Source: a virus (lineage: Duplodnaviria > Caudoviricetes). Taken from it: DNA of 64,000 nucleotides. Made by a program: the position numbers and the translations under genes. Below, one piece after another: positions 29,762 through 39,691 of the stretch. Under the pieces are notes generated by a model that saw only the letters and a list, made by a program, of their open reading frames with translations, ran no database searches and had not been told where the DNA came from. Location of the stretch: the IMG/VR virus record IMGVR_UViG_3300020413_000003, positions 1 through 64,000 of that record, one strand, 5' to 3'. Positions within the stretch are counted from its first letter, which is position 1; the number at the start of each line of letters is the position of its first letter.

Positions 29762-30165
29762 GTGAACTAAAAAACCAACCCATAGGTGAAAATTATGACA
29801 ACGTTCAAAATCCAGAGGGTGATATAGACCCAAGGACTAATACACCTTATGCAGATCATAAACCAGATGATTCACCAACTCATTTGGCAGAATTTAAAAT
29901 GGAAGGTATTGATGATTTAATCAATAACTTTAATGGTCAGTACAATAAAGCACATGAAGCTTGCACTAAACTAGAAGAGGATTTTAAAGATACTAAATTA
30001 AATCCTTATGGTGTAACACAAATTGATTTTAGTAAGAGACAAGAACTCAAAGATCAAATGCTAAGATTAGAAGGTGCTGTCAATGGATTAAAACTAGCAC
30101 AAGAAACATTCATACTAGATAACGTAGCGGTCAAAGACCCTAGTAAAAAGTATGATGCATTATGA
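29758..30165 (+). CDS. hypothetical coiled-coil protein
   Basis: ORF track; ATGA overlaps on both sides. Confidence 0.65.
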   Translation: MSELKNQPIGENYDNVQNPEGDIDPRTNTPYADHKPDDSPTHLAEFKMEGIDDLINNFNGQYNKAHEACTKLEEDFKDTKLNPYGVTQIDFSKRQELKDQMLRLEGAVNGLKLAQETFILDNVAVKDPSKKYDAL

Positions 30166-30827
30166 TAATCGCTGAAGATTATTCTGGTCAAGGGTTGCAT
30201 TTATGGCATCCTTATGTTTTTAAGTATGAATTTGACTTTAGTGAAATATTACCAAAGCTTAGACCAACATATGAATCAGCATTAAATCATTGGGCAGCAC
30301 AAGGAGATCAGACTAAAGTAGAAACTATACCTAAATCTACTACCTCAAGAGTTGGTAGATATGAATATACGTTGGAACCTCATAATCAAGAATGTATGAA
30401 ACCATTTCATGATTGGTTAGGTCCTCGTATTGATTGGGTGTGGCAGCAATTTGGTTACTTAGGAGCAGAGAGTGAAGTTAGTCAGTCATGGTTTAATAGA
30501 CATACCAAGGGAGGACAAACTAAAGAGCATACTCATAATTGTATTGAGTTAGTTGTAGCATCGTACTTACAGAATGATGGAGAAGGTCAAGGTAATATAG
30601 AAATAAAAGATCCATTAGAATATCATAAGACAGGTTATCCATATGATGCAGAGAAAGAAGTGTGGAAAGAAATTAAAGCTCCTACTAATACAGTTTTAAT
30701 ATTTCCTGGTTGGGTTAATCATAGAAGTCAAGAGAATAAGGTAGGTGGTGAGAGGATGGTGATGACATATAATATTAATGCTCGTCTCTTTAAATGTGAT
30801 GCATATGAAAACAGATTCATTTTATAG
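30162..30827 (+). CDS. putative 2OG-Fe(II) oxygenase (TIGR02466-like)
   Basis: EHTH, FPGWVNHRS, ERMVMTYN. Confidence 0.8.
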   Translation: MIIAEDYSGQGLHLWHPYVFKYEFDFSEILPKLRPTYESALNHWAAQGDQTKVETIPKSTTSRVGRYEYTLEPHNQECMKPFHDWLGPRIDWVWQQFGYLGAESEVSQSWFNRHTKGGQTKEHTHNCIELVVASYLQNDGEGQGNIEIKDPLEYHKTGYPYDAEKEVWKEIKAPTNTVLIFPGWVNHRSQENKVGGERMVMTYNINARLFKCDAYENRFIL

Positions 30828-31596
30828 AACTTTACTTATGCATCATGAGTTCTCTGACATGATAAAGGTCAAAGAACCAAGAGAGTGGGAAGTTAAGTAT
30901 GTTAAACTAACTGATGATATAGGATATTATATTGCAGATCAACCATTTAAAGATGGTGGATTTGATTTGTATATGGATTTAGCAGCAACATTTCCTATCA
31001 TGACTGATACAAATAAAGGTGATTGTAGAGATCCGAATCCCTTTGCAACTATTCACCTACCACATTGGTGTTGTGTAGAAGTGTTTAGATTGATGAGAGG
31101 ATATTTTAGGACATGGTTTGATAATAAGCCAATAGAAGACTTAATGTTAACAGAGTGGGGTAACTTATATTTTAAAGAAGAATCATTCCCTTGGAATTAT
31201 TTTAGACTACCTCATGTAGATGGTCCTCAAGGATTAGTATCTAATCTATGGTTCACAACTAACCCTGACTCAGGGACAAAATTATATAAGTATCATGGTG
31301 ATATTATTCAAGGTGATGACAATAAATTATATTATGATTTCATGGTCAATGAAGATCACAAATTATTTAAAGAAGTAAAACATATGTGTACTCATATGGA
31401 AAGATTAGATGGGTGGAAAAATTTATCAGCAGATGAAGAGAGATATTATGGTTTTGAATGTGTAGGAATAGCACCTTGCAAGAAAGGAACAATGACATTA
31501 TATGATACTGAAGTATCACATACACCTTACATAGAAGATACATGTGACTTTAGATGGTCACACGCTTATCGTGTATCTGCAAGGTATGGGTGGTAA
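30778..31596 (+). CDS. putative 2OG-Fe(II) oxygenase (true start probably further downstream)
   Basis: PHVD...SGTKLY...HTPY..FRWS. Confidence 0.7.
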   Translation: MLVSLNVMHMKTDSFYRTLLMHHEFSDMIKVKEPREWEVKYVKLTDDIGYYIADQPFKDGGFDLYMDLAATFPIMTDTNKGDCRDPNPFATIHLPHWCCVEVFRLMRGYFRTWFDNKPIEDLMLTEWGNLYFKEESFPWNYFRLPHVDGPQGLVSNLWFTTNPDSGTKLYKYHGDIIQGDDNKLYYDFMVNEDHKLFKEVKHMCTHMERLDGWKNLSADEERYYGFECVGIAPCKKGTMTLYDTEVSHTPYIEDTCDFRWSHAYRVSARYGW

Positions 31597-32177
31597 TGGA
31601 AGTTAAATTTAAAAAAGATTATTGTTCTGATTTACTTTCATGGAAAGAGTTTGAGACTCTAGTAAATATAAGACCTTTGATGACATCAAGTAGAGTTAAT
31701 TTTTTTAATCAAAAACCATATAGATGGGATTGTCCTAGTTGGGCATTAGATGTGAATGCTATACCACCAACAATAGTAAAGGAAGCATTGTCTCAGTCAG
31801 TATGTTACTTTAGGGATATGTCAAGAGCAACTGAAAATATAAATCAATTTGCAAAAACTCTTGAAGAAGAATATAAATCAGTTGTTGATGCTCATGTATA
31901 TGTTTGTCTTAATCTAGAACCAGATCATCCCTTTGGTAAGCATCATGATGTTGATGATAATGTAATTGTTCAATGTGAAGGTGAAACTAATTTCAAAGTA
32001 TGGGATACAAATGATCAACAAGTATTAGATGTCAATCTAACGTCAGGTGATACAATTTGGATACCAAAATTATATCCTCACTTAGCAACATCTCATACTA
32101 AAAGATTATCTGTTAGTTTTCCTGTTATGGAAGGTCATGATTTATGTAAAGAAGATAGAGAGTGGATTAAATTATGA
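31596..32177 (+). CDS. JmjC/cupin oxygenase (YcfD/ROX-like)
   Basis: FGKHHDVDDNVIVQCEG, L.SGD.IWIP..YPHLA, RLSVSF. ATG at 31596 overlapping the upstream TAA is preferred to the track start at 31554. Confidence 0.8.
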   Translation: MEVKFKKDYCSDLLSWKEFETLVNIRPLMTSSRVNFFNQKPYRWDCPSWALDVNAIPPTIVKEALSQSVCYFRDMSRATENINQFAKTLEEEYKSVVDAHVYVCLNLEPDHPFGKHHDVDDNVIVQCEGETNFKVWDTNDQQVLDVNLTSGDTIWIPKLYPHLATSHTKRLSVSFPVMEGHDLCKEDREWIKL

Positions 32178-32755
32178 AAACTTTTACAATTAGTAAACAA
32201 GAAGATAACCTCAATGATTTTATTTTTGAATCAACAGTAGCAGATAAAAATGTATGTAATTATCTCATAGATCAATATCATATGATGGAGCATCATGAAG
32301 GTAGAGTGAGTAGAGACGGTGATGAAAATTATGTCAATACAAATATGAAAGTAGCAGAGCAAACTTTCGTTGAACCTAATAATCCTTGCTATCAAACAAT
32401 ATATGAATGTATAGATAAAACGATAAGTTCATTACCATATGGATTAACTATACCATATGATATAAAATCAACTGAATATTCTATCAGGAGGTACCCAAAA
32501 GGTGAAGGTCACTTTGGAACTCATGTTGACACATTGAGCAAAGTAACGTATAATAGGCTTCTTGCCTTTATATTATATCTTAATGATGTTGAAGAGGGTG
32601 GTGAAACAGAGTTTATTACTCTTAATAGATTAGTAAAACCTGAGATAGGTAAAGTATTATGCTTTCCTTGTAATTTTATGTTTCCTCATAAAGGCAATAT
32701 CCCTTTATCAAATGACAAGTACATCGTAACAGCATTTGTTTATCCAACATGGTAG
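32174..32755 (+). CDS. prolyl-4-hydroxylase-like 2OG-Fe(II) oxygenase
   Basis: HVD..RLLAFILYLNDVEEGGETEF..FPHKG..KYI. Confidence 0.88.
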   Translation: MKTFTISKQEDNLNDFIFESTVADKNVCNYLIDQYHMMEHHEGRVSRDGDENYVNTNMKVAEQTFVEPNNPCYQTIYECIDKTISSLPYGLTIPYDIKSTEYSIRRYPKGEGHFGTHVDTLSKVTYNRLLAFILYLNDVEEGGETEFITLNRLVKPEIGKVLCFPCNFMFPHKGNIPLSNDKYIVTAFVYPTW

Positions 32756-33318
32756 ATTATAACTTATACGAAATAGATCCAATTCATTGTGATATAGATC
32801 ATGATAAATTAGTTCAATATGTAGATATGTCAAAGTCTAAATTTGAACATCTATTTGATGATAAAACACATGATACTGGTTTCTATTATCTCTATAATTT
32901 TTTTAGTATAGCTTCATGTAATAAGAATACATACAACTTATATCTTGCAATTATAAAGTGTATAAAAGATTATTTTGAAGTGCATAATATATCAAAAGAT
33001 AATGTATGGATGCAAATGTGGATGAACATACATGATAAAGATCAAGTTCTTAAATCACATTCACATGACTTTCCTTATCATGGTTATTTCTCATTAACAC
33101 CTCAAAATACTGACACAGTATTTCAAGATAAAAAGGATGGAAATGAATTGTATAGAGTAAAGAATACACCTTATCAAGTTTATATTGGACCTGGTGAAAG
33201 ACATCATTATGTTGATGTATTAGAAGACTATACAGATAAAAGAATTACCTTTGGATTTGATATACAAACTGATGATTTGGTTACTGGCAACTTTAGTTTC
33301 ATACCTATAGCATTATGA
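32749..33318 (+). CDS. putative 2OG-Fe(II) oxygenase
   Basis: WMNIH, SHSH, HYV, RITFGFD. Confidence 0.7.
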   Translation: MVDYNLYEIDPIHCDIDHDKLVQYVDMSKSKFEHLFDDKTHDTGFYYLYNFFSIASCNKNTYNLYLAIIKCIKDYFEVHNISKDNVWMQMWMNIHDKDQVLKSHSHDFPYHGYFSLTPQNTDTVFQDKKDGNELYRVKNTPYQVYIGPGERHHYVDVLEDYTDKRITFGFDIQTDDLVTGNFSFIPIAL

Positions 33319-33896
33319 TTAACTTAGATTTATATTTTCCTACACCTGTATGGTGGGCTGATACTGGTATTGATAATGAACTAGTATCAAAGTTTGTATA
33401 TGAACAGAAAGATGCTAACCCAGAAGGTAGATCAATTAGTAACTATGGTGGATGGCAATCACCAGTTTATAGTCCATCACACTTACCAACTGTCGTTGAT
33501 GTAGCAGAGGACATAGCATATCGAGTCAGGGATGACATGGGATTAAATCCATATACTGTTTTTAATGTAGATAATATGTGGTCTAACATTAATAATCAAG
33601 GCGATACAAATCAAGTACATATACATCATGGTTCATTCCTATCTGGTGTATATTATGTTCAAGCAAATGAGAATAGTGGTGATCTTGTATTCTATAAAGA
33701 TTTTAAAGATCAATATATGAAAACTACTGATACTGAAATAGTAAAACATACACCATTATCAGGTGATGTAGTAAGATATAAACCTAAAACTGGTAGGATG
33801 TTTGTATTTCCTGGTTGGTTACCACACTCAGTAGATAAGTGTATAGATAATACAGATAGAATATCTATTGCCTTTAACATATTAATTAAAAGATGA
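33315..33896 (+). CDS. putative 2OG-Fe(II) oxygenase (TIGR02466-like)
   Basis: FPTPVW, HIH..FLSGVYYV, FPGWLPHSV, RISIAFN. Confidence 0.85.
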   Translation: MINLDLYFPTPVWWADTGIDNELVSKFVYEQKDANPEGRSISNYGGWQSPVYSPSHLPTVVDVAEDIAYRVRDDMGLNPYTVFNVDNMWSNINNQGDTNQVHIHHGSFLSGVYYVQANENSGDLVFYKDFKDQYMKTTDTEIVKHTPLSGDVVRYKPKTGRMFVFPGWLPHSVDKCIDNTDRISIAFNILIKR

Positions 33897-34411
33897 TTCA
33901 AACTATTGAAAATATTATTCCAGAGTCACAACAAGATTTCCTTTTAGGTAAGGTAACTGACTTGAGTTTTGACTGGCATTTTATGCCTGATGTGACTTAT
34001 GTTGAGCAAGGAGAAGGAATAAACACACCAGGTTTTGCCAACCTATTGGTCAATGGACAGAAGAGATCAGGTCAAGAAGATTTATTCATGTCGCCACTTA
34101 TTGAGTACTTACATAGATCAAATCAAAAGTTAGGTGCATTGCATAGAATGAGATTAGGAATGACCTTGAACAATAGTAACGAGGAACATAACAATAAACA
34201 TATTGATTTCAATTTTGCACATCAAGTAGGATTATATTATTTGAATGATAGTGATGGTGATACACTTGTTTGGGATGATGATATTGTAACTAGAGTATCA
34301 CCAAAGAAAGGAACATTCTTTGTATTTGATGGAGCATTTCCTCATGCAAGTTCTTGTCCTAAAGAACACTCAACAAGAATTGTTCTAACATATAATTTCA
34401 CTACACGATGA
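33893..34411 (+). CDS. 2OG-Fe(II) oxygenase
   Basis: HID..LYYLNDSDGDT..FDG..HAS..RIVL. Confidence 0.82.
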   Translation: MIQTIENIIPESQQDFLLGKVTDLSFDWHFMPDVTYVEQGEGINTPGFANLLVNGQKRSGQEDLFMSPLIEYLHRSNQKLGALHRMRLGMTLNNSNEEHNNKHIDFNFAHQVGLYYLNDSDGDTLVWDDDIVTRVSPKKGTFFVFDGAFPHASSCPKEHSTRIVLTYNFTTR

Positions 34412-35010
34412 GACTACCTTTAACAGTAGTAGATAACTTTTTTGAGACACCAACACTTGTAAGAGACTTTGCACTACAGCAAGAGTTCTTTAAAGGTGAT
34501 AGAGGAAACTGGCCAGGTATTCGCACCAAGTTTATAGAAGACTTAGATGTAGATTTCTTTAATATATTACATGATAAACTATTAAATTATATACCTAGAA
34601 ATTATAAAGGATTTCAATATTTAGAAGCAACATTTCAATTAATAGATGAGACATATAAAAGAGGATGGGTTCATAATGATGACCCTAAATGGAATGTAGC
34701 AGGTATAATATATCTAAACAATGATAAACCTAAACAAGATTGTGGAACTACATTCTATGATGATAGAGATACATCAAATGATGGAGACCACAGTAAAGAA
34801 TATTGTGATGATGTAAATGATAATATAGGACAGAATGAAGATGTAAGAGATAGAGTCAATTCAAAATGGGTACCCAGTATGCTTGCAGAGAATAGATGGA
34901 ATCGTTGTGTTCTATCTGACTCAACTAGATGGCATAGTGCAGGGAGATTCTTTGGACATAACAAAGAGACATCTCGATTGACTCTAGTATTTTTTGGGAG
35001 AGTAATATGA
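34408..35010 (+). CDS. 2OG-Fe(II) oxygenase
   Basis: VVDNFF, WPGIRT, WVHND..AGIIYL, HSA..FG..SRLTLVFF. Confidence 0.8.
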   Translation: MRLPLTVVDNFFETPTLVRDFALQQEFFKGDRGNWPGIRTKFIEDLDVDFFNILHDKLLNYIPRNYKGFQYLEATFQLIDETYKRGWVHNDDPKWNVAGIIYLNNDKPKQDCGTTFYDDRDTSNDGDHSKEYCDDVNDNIGQNEDVRDRVNSKWVPSMLAENRWNRCVLSDSTRWHSAGRFFGHNKETSRLTLVFFGRVI

Positions 35011-35591
35011 GTGATATTATAGTTGTAGATGATTTCATATCAAAAGATTATGCAGATCATATAGAACAGTTAGTTAATGAAAAAGATTTCCCATTGCATT
35101 TTAGAAAAGGAATTGTAACTAACGAAGATGAACATGAAGGTAATGTAGATGGATTCATTCATATGTTATATGAAGTTCAGAAACCAGTATCACCTAGATT
35201 TCCATTAATATATCCTATGGTATTAAGTATTACTGAAGCAACTGGTATCAAATGGAATGTACTAGAGAGGTTGAGATTTAATTTCATGTTAGGTAATAGC
35301 ACATCTAAAATAAAACATCATGCACCTCATACTGATAACTATACACCACATTGGTCAGCAATATATTATGTTCATGATTGTGATGGTGATACATTTTTCT
35401 TTAATCAAAAGCTTACTGAATTTACAGAGGAAGAGTCATATAGAATAACATACGAGAACAACTGGACAATTAAACAAAGAGTAACACCTAAGAAAGGAAG
35501 ACTGGTAATGTTTGATGGTGTAAGATTTCATGCTAGTTCATTCACTAAAACTAAACCATTTAGATGTGTACTTAATATGAATTTCTCATGA
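35007..35591 (+). CDS. 2OG-Fe(II) oxygenase
   Basis: PHTD..IYYVHDCDGDT..FDG..HAS..RCVLNMN; related to 33893. Confidence 0.82.
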   Translation: MSDIIVVDDFISKDYADHIEQLVNEKDFPLHFRKGIVTNEDEHEGNVDGFIHMLYEVQKPVSPRFPLIYPMVLSITEATGIKWNVLERLRFNFMLGNSTSKIKHHAPHTDNYTPHWSAIYYVHDCDGDTFFFNQKLTEFTEEESYRITYENNWTIKQRVTPKKGRLVMFDGVRFHASSFTKTKPFRCVLNMNFS

Positions 35592-36118
35592 TAAACGTAG
35601 TTAGACAAGCAATTAGTAAAGATACTTGTGAAGTAATATCTAATAGTATAGAATTCATGAGAGTGATGATGGGCAACCCACCTGACCCTACTATCAATAA
35701 TGCTTTTGGATACTATTCACCAGTATTCTTAGAAGGTTTAATGTTGTATATGCAACCAGAGATAGAGAAAAAAGTTAGTAAGAAATTATATCCAACATAC
35801 TCTTATGGTAGGATATATGGACATGGATCAGTATTAGAGAGACATACAGATAGACCAAGTGGTGAATATGGTGTCACCTGTTGTTTAGAAAAGCAATGTA
35901 ATTATCCTATATTTTTTGAACGTGATGGACATAATATAAAAATAGAATTGGATGTAGGAGATATATGCATATACAAAGGTATAGACTATCCCCATTGGAG
36001 AGAACCATATCAAGGTACAAGACACATACAAGTATTTCTCATGTATGTTGATAGTAAAGGATTGTATAAGGATTGGAAGTGGGATAAAAGAGAGAGTTTA
36101 TGCCAACCACCAATCTGA
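35588..36118 (+). CDS. PKHD-like 2OG-Fe(II) oxygenase
   Basis: PTYSYGRIY, LERHTDRP, HWREP, QVFL.YV. Confidence 0.82.
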   Translation: MINVVRQAISKDTCEVISNSIEFMRVMMGNPPDPTINNAFGYYSPVFLEGLMLYMQPEIEKKVSKKLYPTYSYGRIYGHGSVLERHTDRPSGEYGVTCCLEKQCNYPIFFERDGHNIKIELDVGDICIYKGIDYPHWREPYQGTRHIQVFLMYVDSKGLYKDWKWDKRESLCQPPI

Positions 36119-36156
36119 CCATAGGGTATAGACAACTAGAAAATATATGTTAGAAT
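36100..36156 (+). promoter_or_regulatory. palindrome-associated early promoter
   Basis: ATGCCA-N10-TGACCA; TAGACA...TAGAAT. Confidence 0.5.
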
Positions 36157-36179
36157 ACTAGAGTCCATATAATCCGACA

Positions 36180-36452
36180 ATGCCAACATTTACACTCACA
36201 GCCGTTGACGATGACGGAACTGTAACGTCTAAGACGTTTGAATCACCATTCTTAAGAGAGGTGGTAGAAAAGACTGATGACTTCTTAAGAGGAGTAGGAT
36301 TCGTTTATGAAGAACTCAATGTAATTCATAGCGATGAAGACTACGATACAATAACCAAAGAAGGTATAATTCGTAGCGAAAGCAAGAAAGAACGTAAACC
36401 ATTCACACCCGACTCATCTGTTTATAGGGATGATATAAAGGGTATTGAATAA
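36180..36452 (+). CDS. hypothetical protein
   Basis: ORF track; FE...L.EVV...DFLRGVGF pattern. Confidence 0.65.
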   Translation: MPTFTLTAVDDDGTVTSKTFESPFLREVVEKTDDFLRGVGFVYEELNVIHSDEDYDTITKEGIIRSESKKERKPFTPDSSVYRDDIKGIE

Positions 36453-36761
36453 TACTATTATCATGTGTCAGCATGATACTATATAAATTGTAGTTACTAA
36501 TTTTTATTAATTTACATGGGTAAAACTTTTAGACAAGGTGGTACCGAAAGAGGGTATAATGCACCTGGTAAATCTCTAAGAGACAAACGATCATCCAAAA
36601 ACTATTCCAAAGGCGATTCTAATGACTATGGTAAAAAAACCAAAAAATATGGATACAACGAAGGTAACGGATTTGGAAGACGATGACCTAGACTACGAGG
36701 ACATGTATTATGATGATGATTATGGTGCAGGTTTTGATGTAGAATACACAACTCAGGACTA

Positions 36762-37010
36762 ATGATAGGAAAAGAAACCCCAGAGATCAAGTATGATCGA
36801 GCATTAACCCTATTTGAAGAGTCAGTATTACAACCTGACTCTAAACTTAGAGGTTGTGCATATAATCAGGACTGTTTTAATGAACTCATGGAGATCAGAG
36901 AACATGTTTTAGATTATCTTAAAACACTAAGAGAAGTCACTCGTCACACAAATGCTGATGAGAGTGATGATATTGAAACAGCAAAATTACACACCTTGAA
37001 ATCAAAGTGA
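36762..37010 (+). CDS. hypothetical protein (picocyanobacteria-like)
   Basis: ORF track; LRGCAYNQDCFNELMEIREHV. Confidence 0.6.
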   Translation: MIGKETPEIKYDRALTLFEESVLQPDSKLRGCAYNQDCFNELMEIREHVLDYLKTLREVTRHTNADESDDIETAKLHTLKSK

Positions 37011-37207
37011 TAGGACTTCACTCAGCAATCTTAACTATAGATCAAAAACGTATCCTAAAGGATTCTCTTATGATGTATGTTTGCTCACTACAGAAACAAT
37101 ACTTTAGAGACAATACCATAGCATCACAAGATTATCTTGATAAGATGAAAGAGGTTGAAACTATTGCAGAACAATTACATTTAAAGGAACTTTACAAACA
37201 TGGATGA
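37007..37207 (+). CDS. hypothetical protein
   Basis: ORF track; coupled overlap. Confidence 0.55.
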   Translation: MIGLHSAILTIDQKRILKDSLMMYVCSLQKQYFRDNTIASQDYLDKMKEVETIAEQLHLKELYKHG

Positions 37208-37385
37208 ACCTACCGACTTGTATCAAGACATGGAGAAACTCAACATGTTATATGAAGAGTTGATGTGGGACAATGATGATGTCTTAGACTTTACACCTGA
37301 TTATAAACATGATAGAATTATAATCACTAATATCTCTCAAAAAAGTAGGAGACTTAAACATGGTAAGGATTTAGATGTGCTATGA
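37200..37385 (+). CDS. hypothetical protein
   Basis: ORF track. Confidence 0.55.
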   Translation: MDEPTDLYQDMEKLNMLYEELMWDNDDVLDFTPDYKHDRIIITNISQKSRRLKHGKDLDVL

Positions 37386-37555
37386 AATATCATTTGTACG
37401 ACACTCAAGAAAAGCACCAAGGGTCTTTTAATTCTATTGAAGAATTAAGAAACTATTTGTGTGATCGAAAGTATGCTATGAATTGTGATAAAGACATAGG
37501 AAGCACATTTGATTATATCAAACATATAAAATGGTTTTTTGAAATAGAAGAATGA
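37382..37555 (+). CDS. small hypothetical protein (57 aa, not in ORF track)
   Basis: MKYHLYDTQEKHQGSFNSIEELRNYLCDRKY...; ATGA coupling. Confidence 0.55.
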   Translation: MKYHLYDTQEKHQGSFNSIEELRNYLCDRKYAMNCDKDIGSTFDYIKHIKWFFEIEE

Positions 37556-37718
37556 TTGAACTAATTGCCTCAACTATTATTACTGTCAGTTGTGCTGACA
37601 TCAATACTCTTATTGATAGAGCAAAAACTTATCCTGACATTACTGAATCAGATAGACATGAAATCATAGACTTGTATCGTGATTTTGGTAAGAAGCAAGG
37701 ACTAGAATGTGAAACAGG

Positions 37719-38339
37719 ATGATAGAACACTTTAATCCAAAGTGGTATTTTAAGGACACACTCACAGATATAGATCAGCAGAAGATAGAAGATTGGTTTG
37801 CTGACATATACACAGATGCAGATGGATTTGGAATACCAAAAGACTGGCAGAAATTATGTAGAGTAACATCTACAGATAGAAAGACTGATGGTAATCCAAT
37901 ATGGGAAGACTATTTACAATTACTTAAACCTTATCATGATAAGTTTTTAAGTGAGATAGAGACATATTGGGATGCAGAATTAATATGTGATAACGTATGG
38001 GTCAACAGATATACAGAGGGAGATTTCCAAGAGGTTCATAACCATTGCCATCCAGACTATAATATTGCTATGGTATATTTCCATAAGTGTCATGGGTCAC
38101 AATTTCATTTCTTTGATTCATCATGGACAGAGTATAGATCAAGCGGACTAGATCAGATAATGGATGTGGTAGGAGAAGAGATAGTACAACTAGAGATAGA
38201 ACAGGGAGATATAATTATGTTCCCAACTAACTATCCTCATTTCGTATCACCTAATATGAAAGAGGAACTAAGGATAACGTTTGCAGGTAACTTTAAACTA
38301 CAAAGAAAGCCTATGACAATAAGAGAAGTGACCCTATGA
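37719..38339 (+). CDS. putative 2OG-Fe(II) oxygenase (TIGR02466-like)
   Basis: WVNRY..GDFQEVHNH, FPT.YPHFV, RITFAGN. Confidence 0.8.
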   Translation: MIEHFNPKWYFKDTLTDIDQQKIEDWFADIYTDADGFGIPKDWQKLCRVTSTDRKTDGNPIWEDYLQLLKPYHDKFLSEIETYWDAELICDNVWVNRYTEGDFQEVHNHCHPDYNIAMVYFHKCHGSQFHFFDSSWTEYRSSGLDQIMDVVGEEIVQLEIEQGDIIMFPTNYPHFVSPNMKEELRITFAGNFKLQRKPMTIREVTL

Positions 38340-38368
38340 GTGACATAGTGGTAATAGTATGTTATACT
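38313..38368 (+). promoter_or_regulatory. palindrome-associated early promoter
   Basis: ATGACA-N10-TGACCC; GTGACA-17 nt-TATACT. Confidence 0.5.
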
Positions 38369-38390
38369 AGTATCATAGTCAAAGAGATCA

Positions 38391-38840
38391 ATGAAACTAA
38401 GACCTCAAATCGAACTCAACAAAACATACACTTATAAGTGTGAAGCGACATTCGGCACACTATCACAAGAGAAAGTAAATAAGTTATTTACTGATGGTAG
38501 AAGAGCATCTGGATTTCTTGAGATTCAATTAGAAGAGTGGTTTCCTAGTCTTACATTTGTTGATGGTAAAGGTTATGACCACGTTGATAAGGAAGGAGTT
38601 AAGTATGATGCAAAATGTTTTACCAGAGGTGGTTCAAAGTTTTGTCCTAGTGGTATGTTAGGTATGGGTAGAAAGGTTAATGAAGAAGAATTATGGGAGC
38701 ATGCAGAAAATATGATTTACATCTTCACAGATGTGGTAGAATTTCCAAAGGTGCAGGTTAGATTCGTAAAAGGTTCAGACCTCACTCAATACACAAAAGG
38801 TTCAATTCCATTCTCACATAGAAATGCTTTATTTGGATGA
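38391..38840 (+). CDS. putative PD-(D/E)xK endonuclease
   Basis: FLE..., GYDHVD...YDAKCF fits a D...(D/E)xK active site; overlaps the methyltransferase gene. Confidence 0.55.
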   Translation: MKLRPQIELNKTYTYKCEATFGTLSQEKVNKLFTDGRRASGFLEIQLEEWFPSLTFVDGKGYDHVDKEGVKYDAKCFTRGGSKFCPSGMLGMGRKVNEEELWEHAENMIYIFTDVVEFPKVQVRFVKGSDLTQYTKGSIPFSHRNALFG

Positions 38841-39609
38841 TTGTATTACAGGGATGCAGAAACTAGATGAAAAGTCAGTTGATGCAGTCGTAACATCCCC
38901 ACCATACAACTTAAATATTAAATACAGTAAATACAACGATAAGAAACCAATAGATCAATATCTATCATGGTTAGGAGACGTATTTGCTGAATGTAAACGA
39001 GTACTTAAAGATGATGGTCATCTATTTGTTAACATGGGATATTCTAATATTAATCCCACAGTAGGTATAGATGTATGTTGTAAGTTAAGAGAGAATTATA
39101 TATTACAGAATAATATTGCATGGATTAAAAGTGTTCATACTGATAAGACACATGGACATTTTAAACCTATCAACAGTAAGAGATTCTTATGCCCAACATG
39201 GGAGCATCTATTTCATTTTACAAAAGATGGTAAGATAGAGATTGATAGATTATCAGTTGGTGTGAAGTATGAATACTATGAAGCAAACATTCGTGGTAAT
39301 AATACTAAGGACAATAAACCTAACCTAAGAGACAAAGGCAACTCATGGTTCATACCATACGAAACCAGACAAAGTAAACTAGAGAAGGGTAACCACCCCG
39401 CTATTTTTCCAGTTAAACTTGTAGAGGATTGTATTAAACTTACTGGTAAAAGTAGTGGTATTGTTTTAGACCCATTCATGGGAACTGGAACTACAGGAGT
39501 AGCAGCAGTAAATTTAGGATGGGATTATATTGGATATGATATAGATGAAGAGTATGTTAAGTATTCTAAACAAAGACTAGAAGGGGGATTGAAATCTTTA
39601 CTGAAATGA
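38824..39609 (+). CDS. DNA amino-methyltransferase (N4-C/N6-A, beta class)
   Basis: TSPPY followed by HPAIFP and VLDPFMGTGTT. Confidence 0.92.
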   Translation: MLYLDDCITGMQKLDEKSVDAVVTSPPYNLNIKYSKYNDKKPIDQYLSWLGDVFAECKRVLKDDGHLFVNMGYSNINPTVGIDVCCKLRENYILQNNIAWIKSVHTDKTHGHFKPINSKRFLCPTWEHLFHFTKDGKIEIDRLSVGVKYEYYEANIRGNNTKDNKPNLRDKGNSWFIPYETRQSKLEKGNHPAIFPVKLVEDCIKLTGKSSGIVLDPFMGTGTTGVAAVNLGWDYIGYDIDEEYVKYSKQRLEGGLKSLLK

Positions 39610-39617
39610 TATATAAT
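39589..39617 (+). promoter_or_regulatory. sigma70-type promoter
   Basis: TTGAAA-17 nt-TATAAT. Confidence 0.6.
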
Positions 39618-39691
39618 AATGAACAACGTAATTCATGTGAAGACACACCAGTCAAGCAGGATTACAAAACGTATAACAACGGAGAAAAGAC

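Noticed and set aside
27325-36118. Halogenase cluster as a pyrrolnitrin-like small-molecule pathway
   Set aside because: No prnB/prnC/prnD-like or scaffold-building enzymes are recognisable; only tailoring-type enzymes are present.
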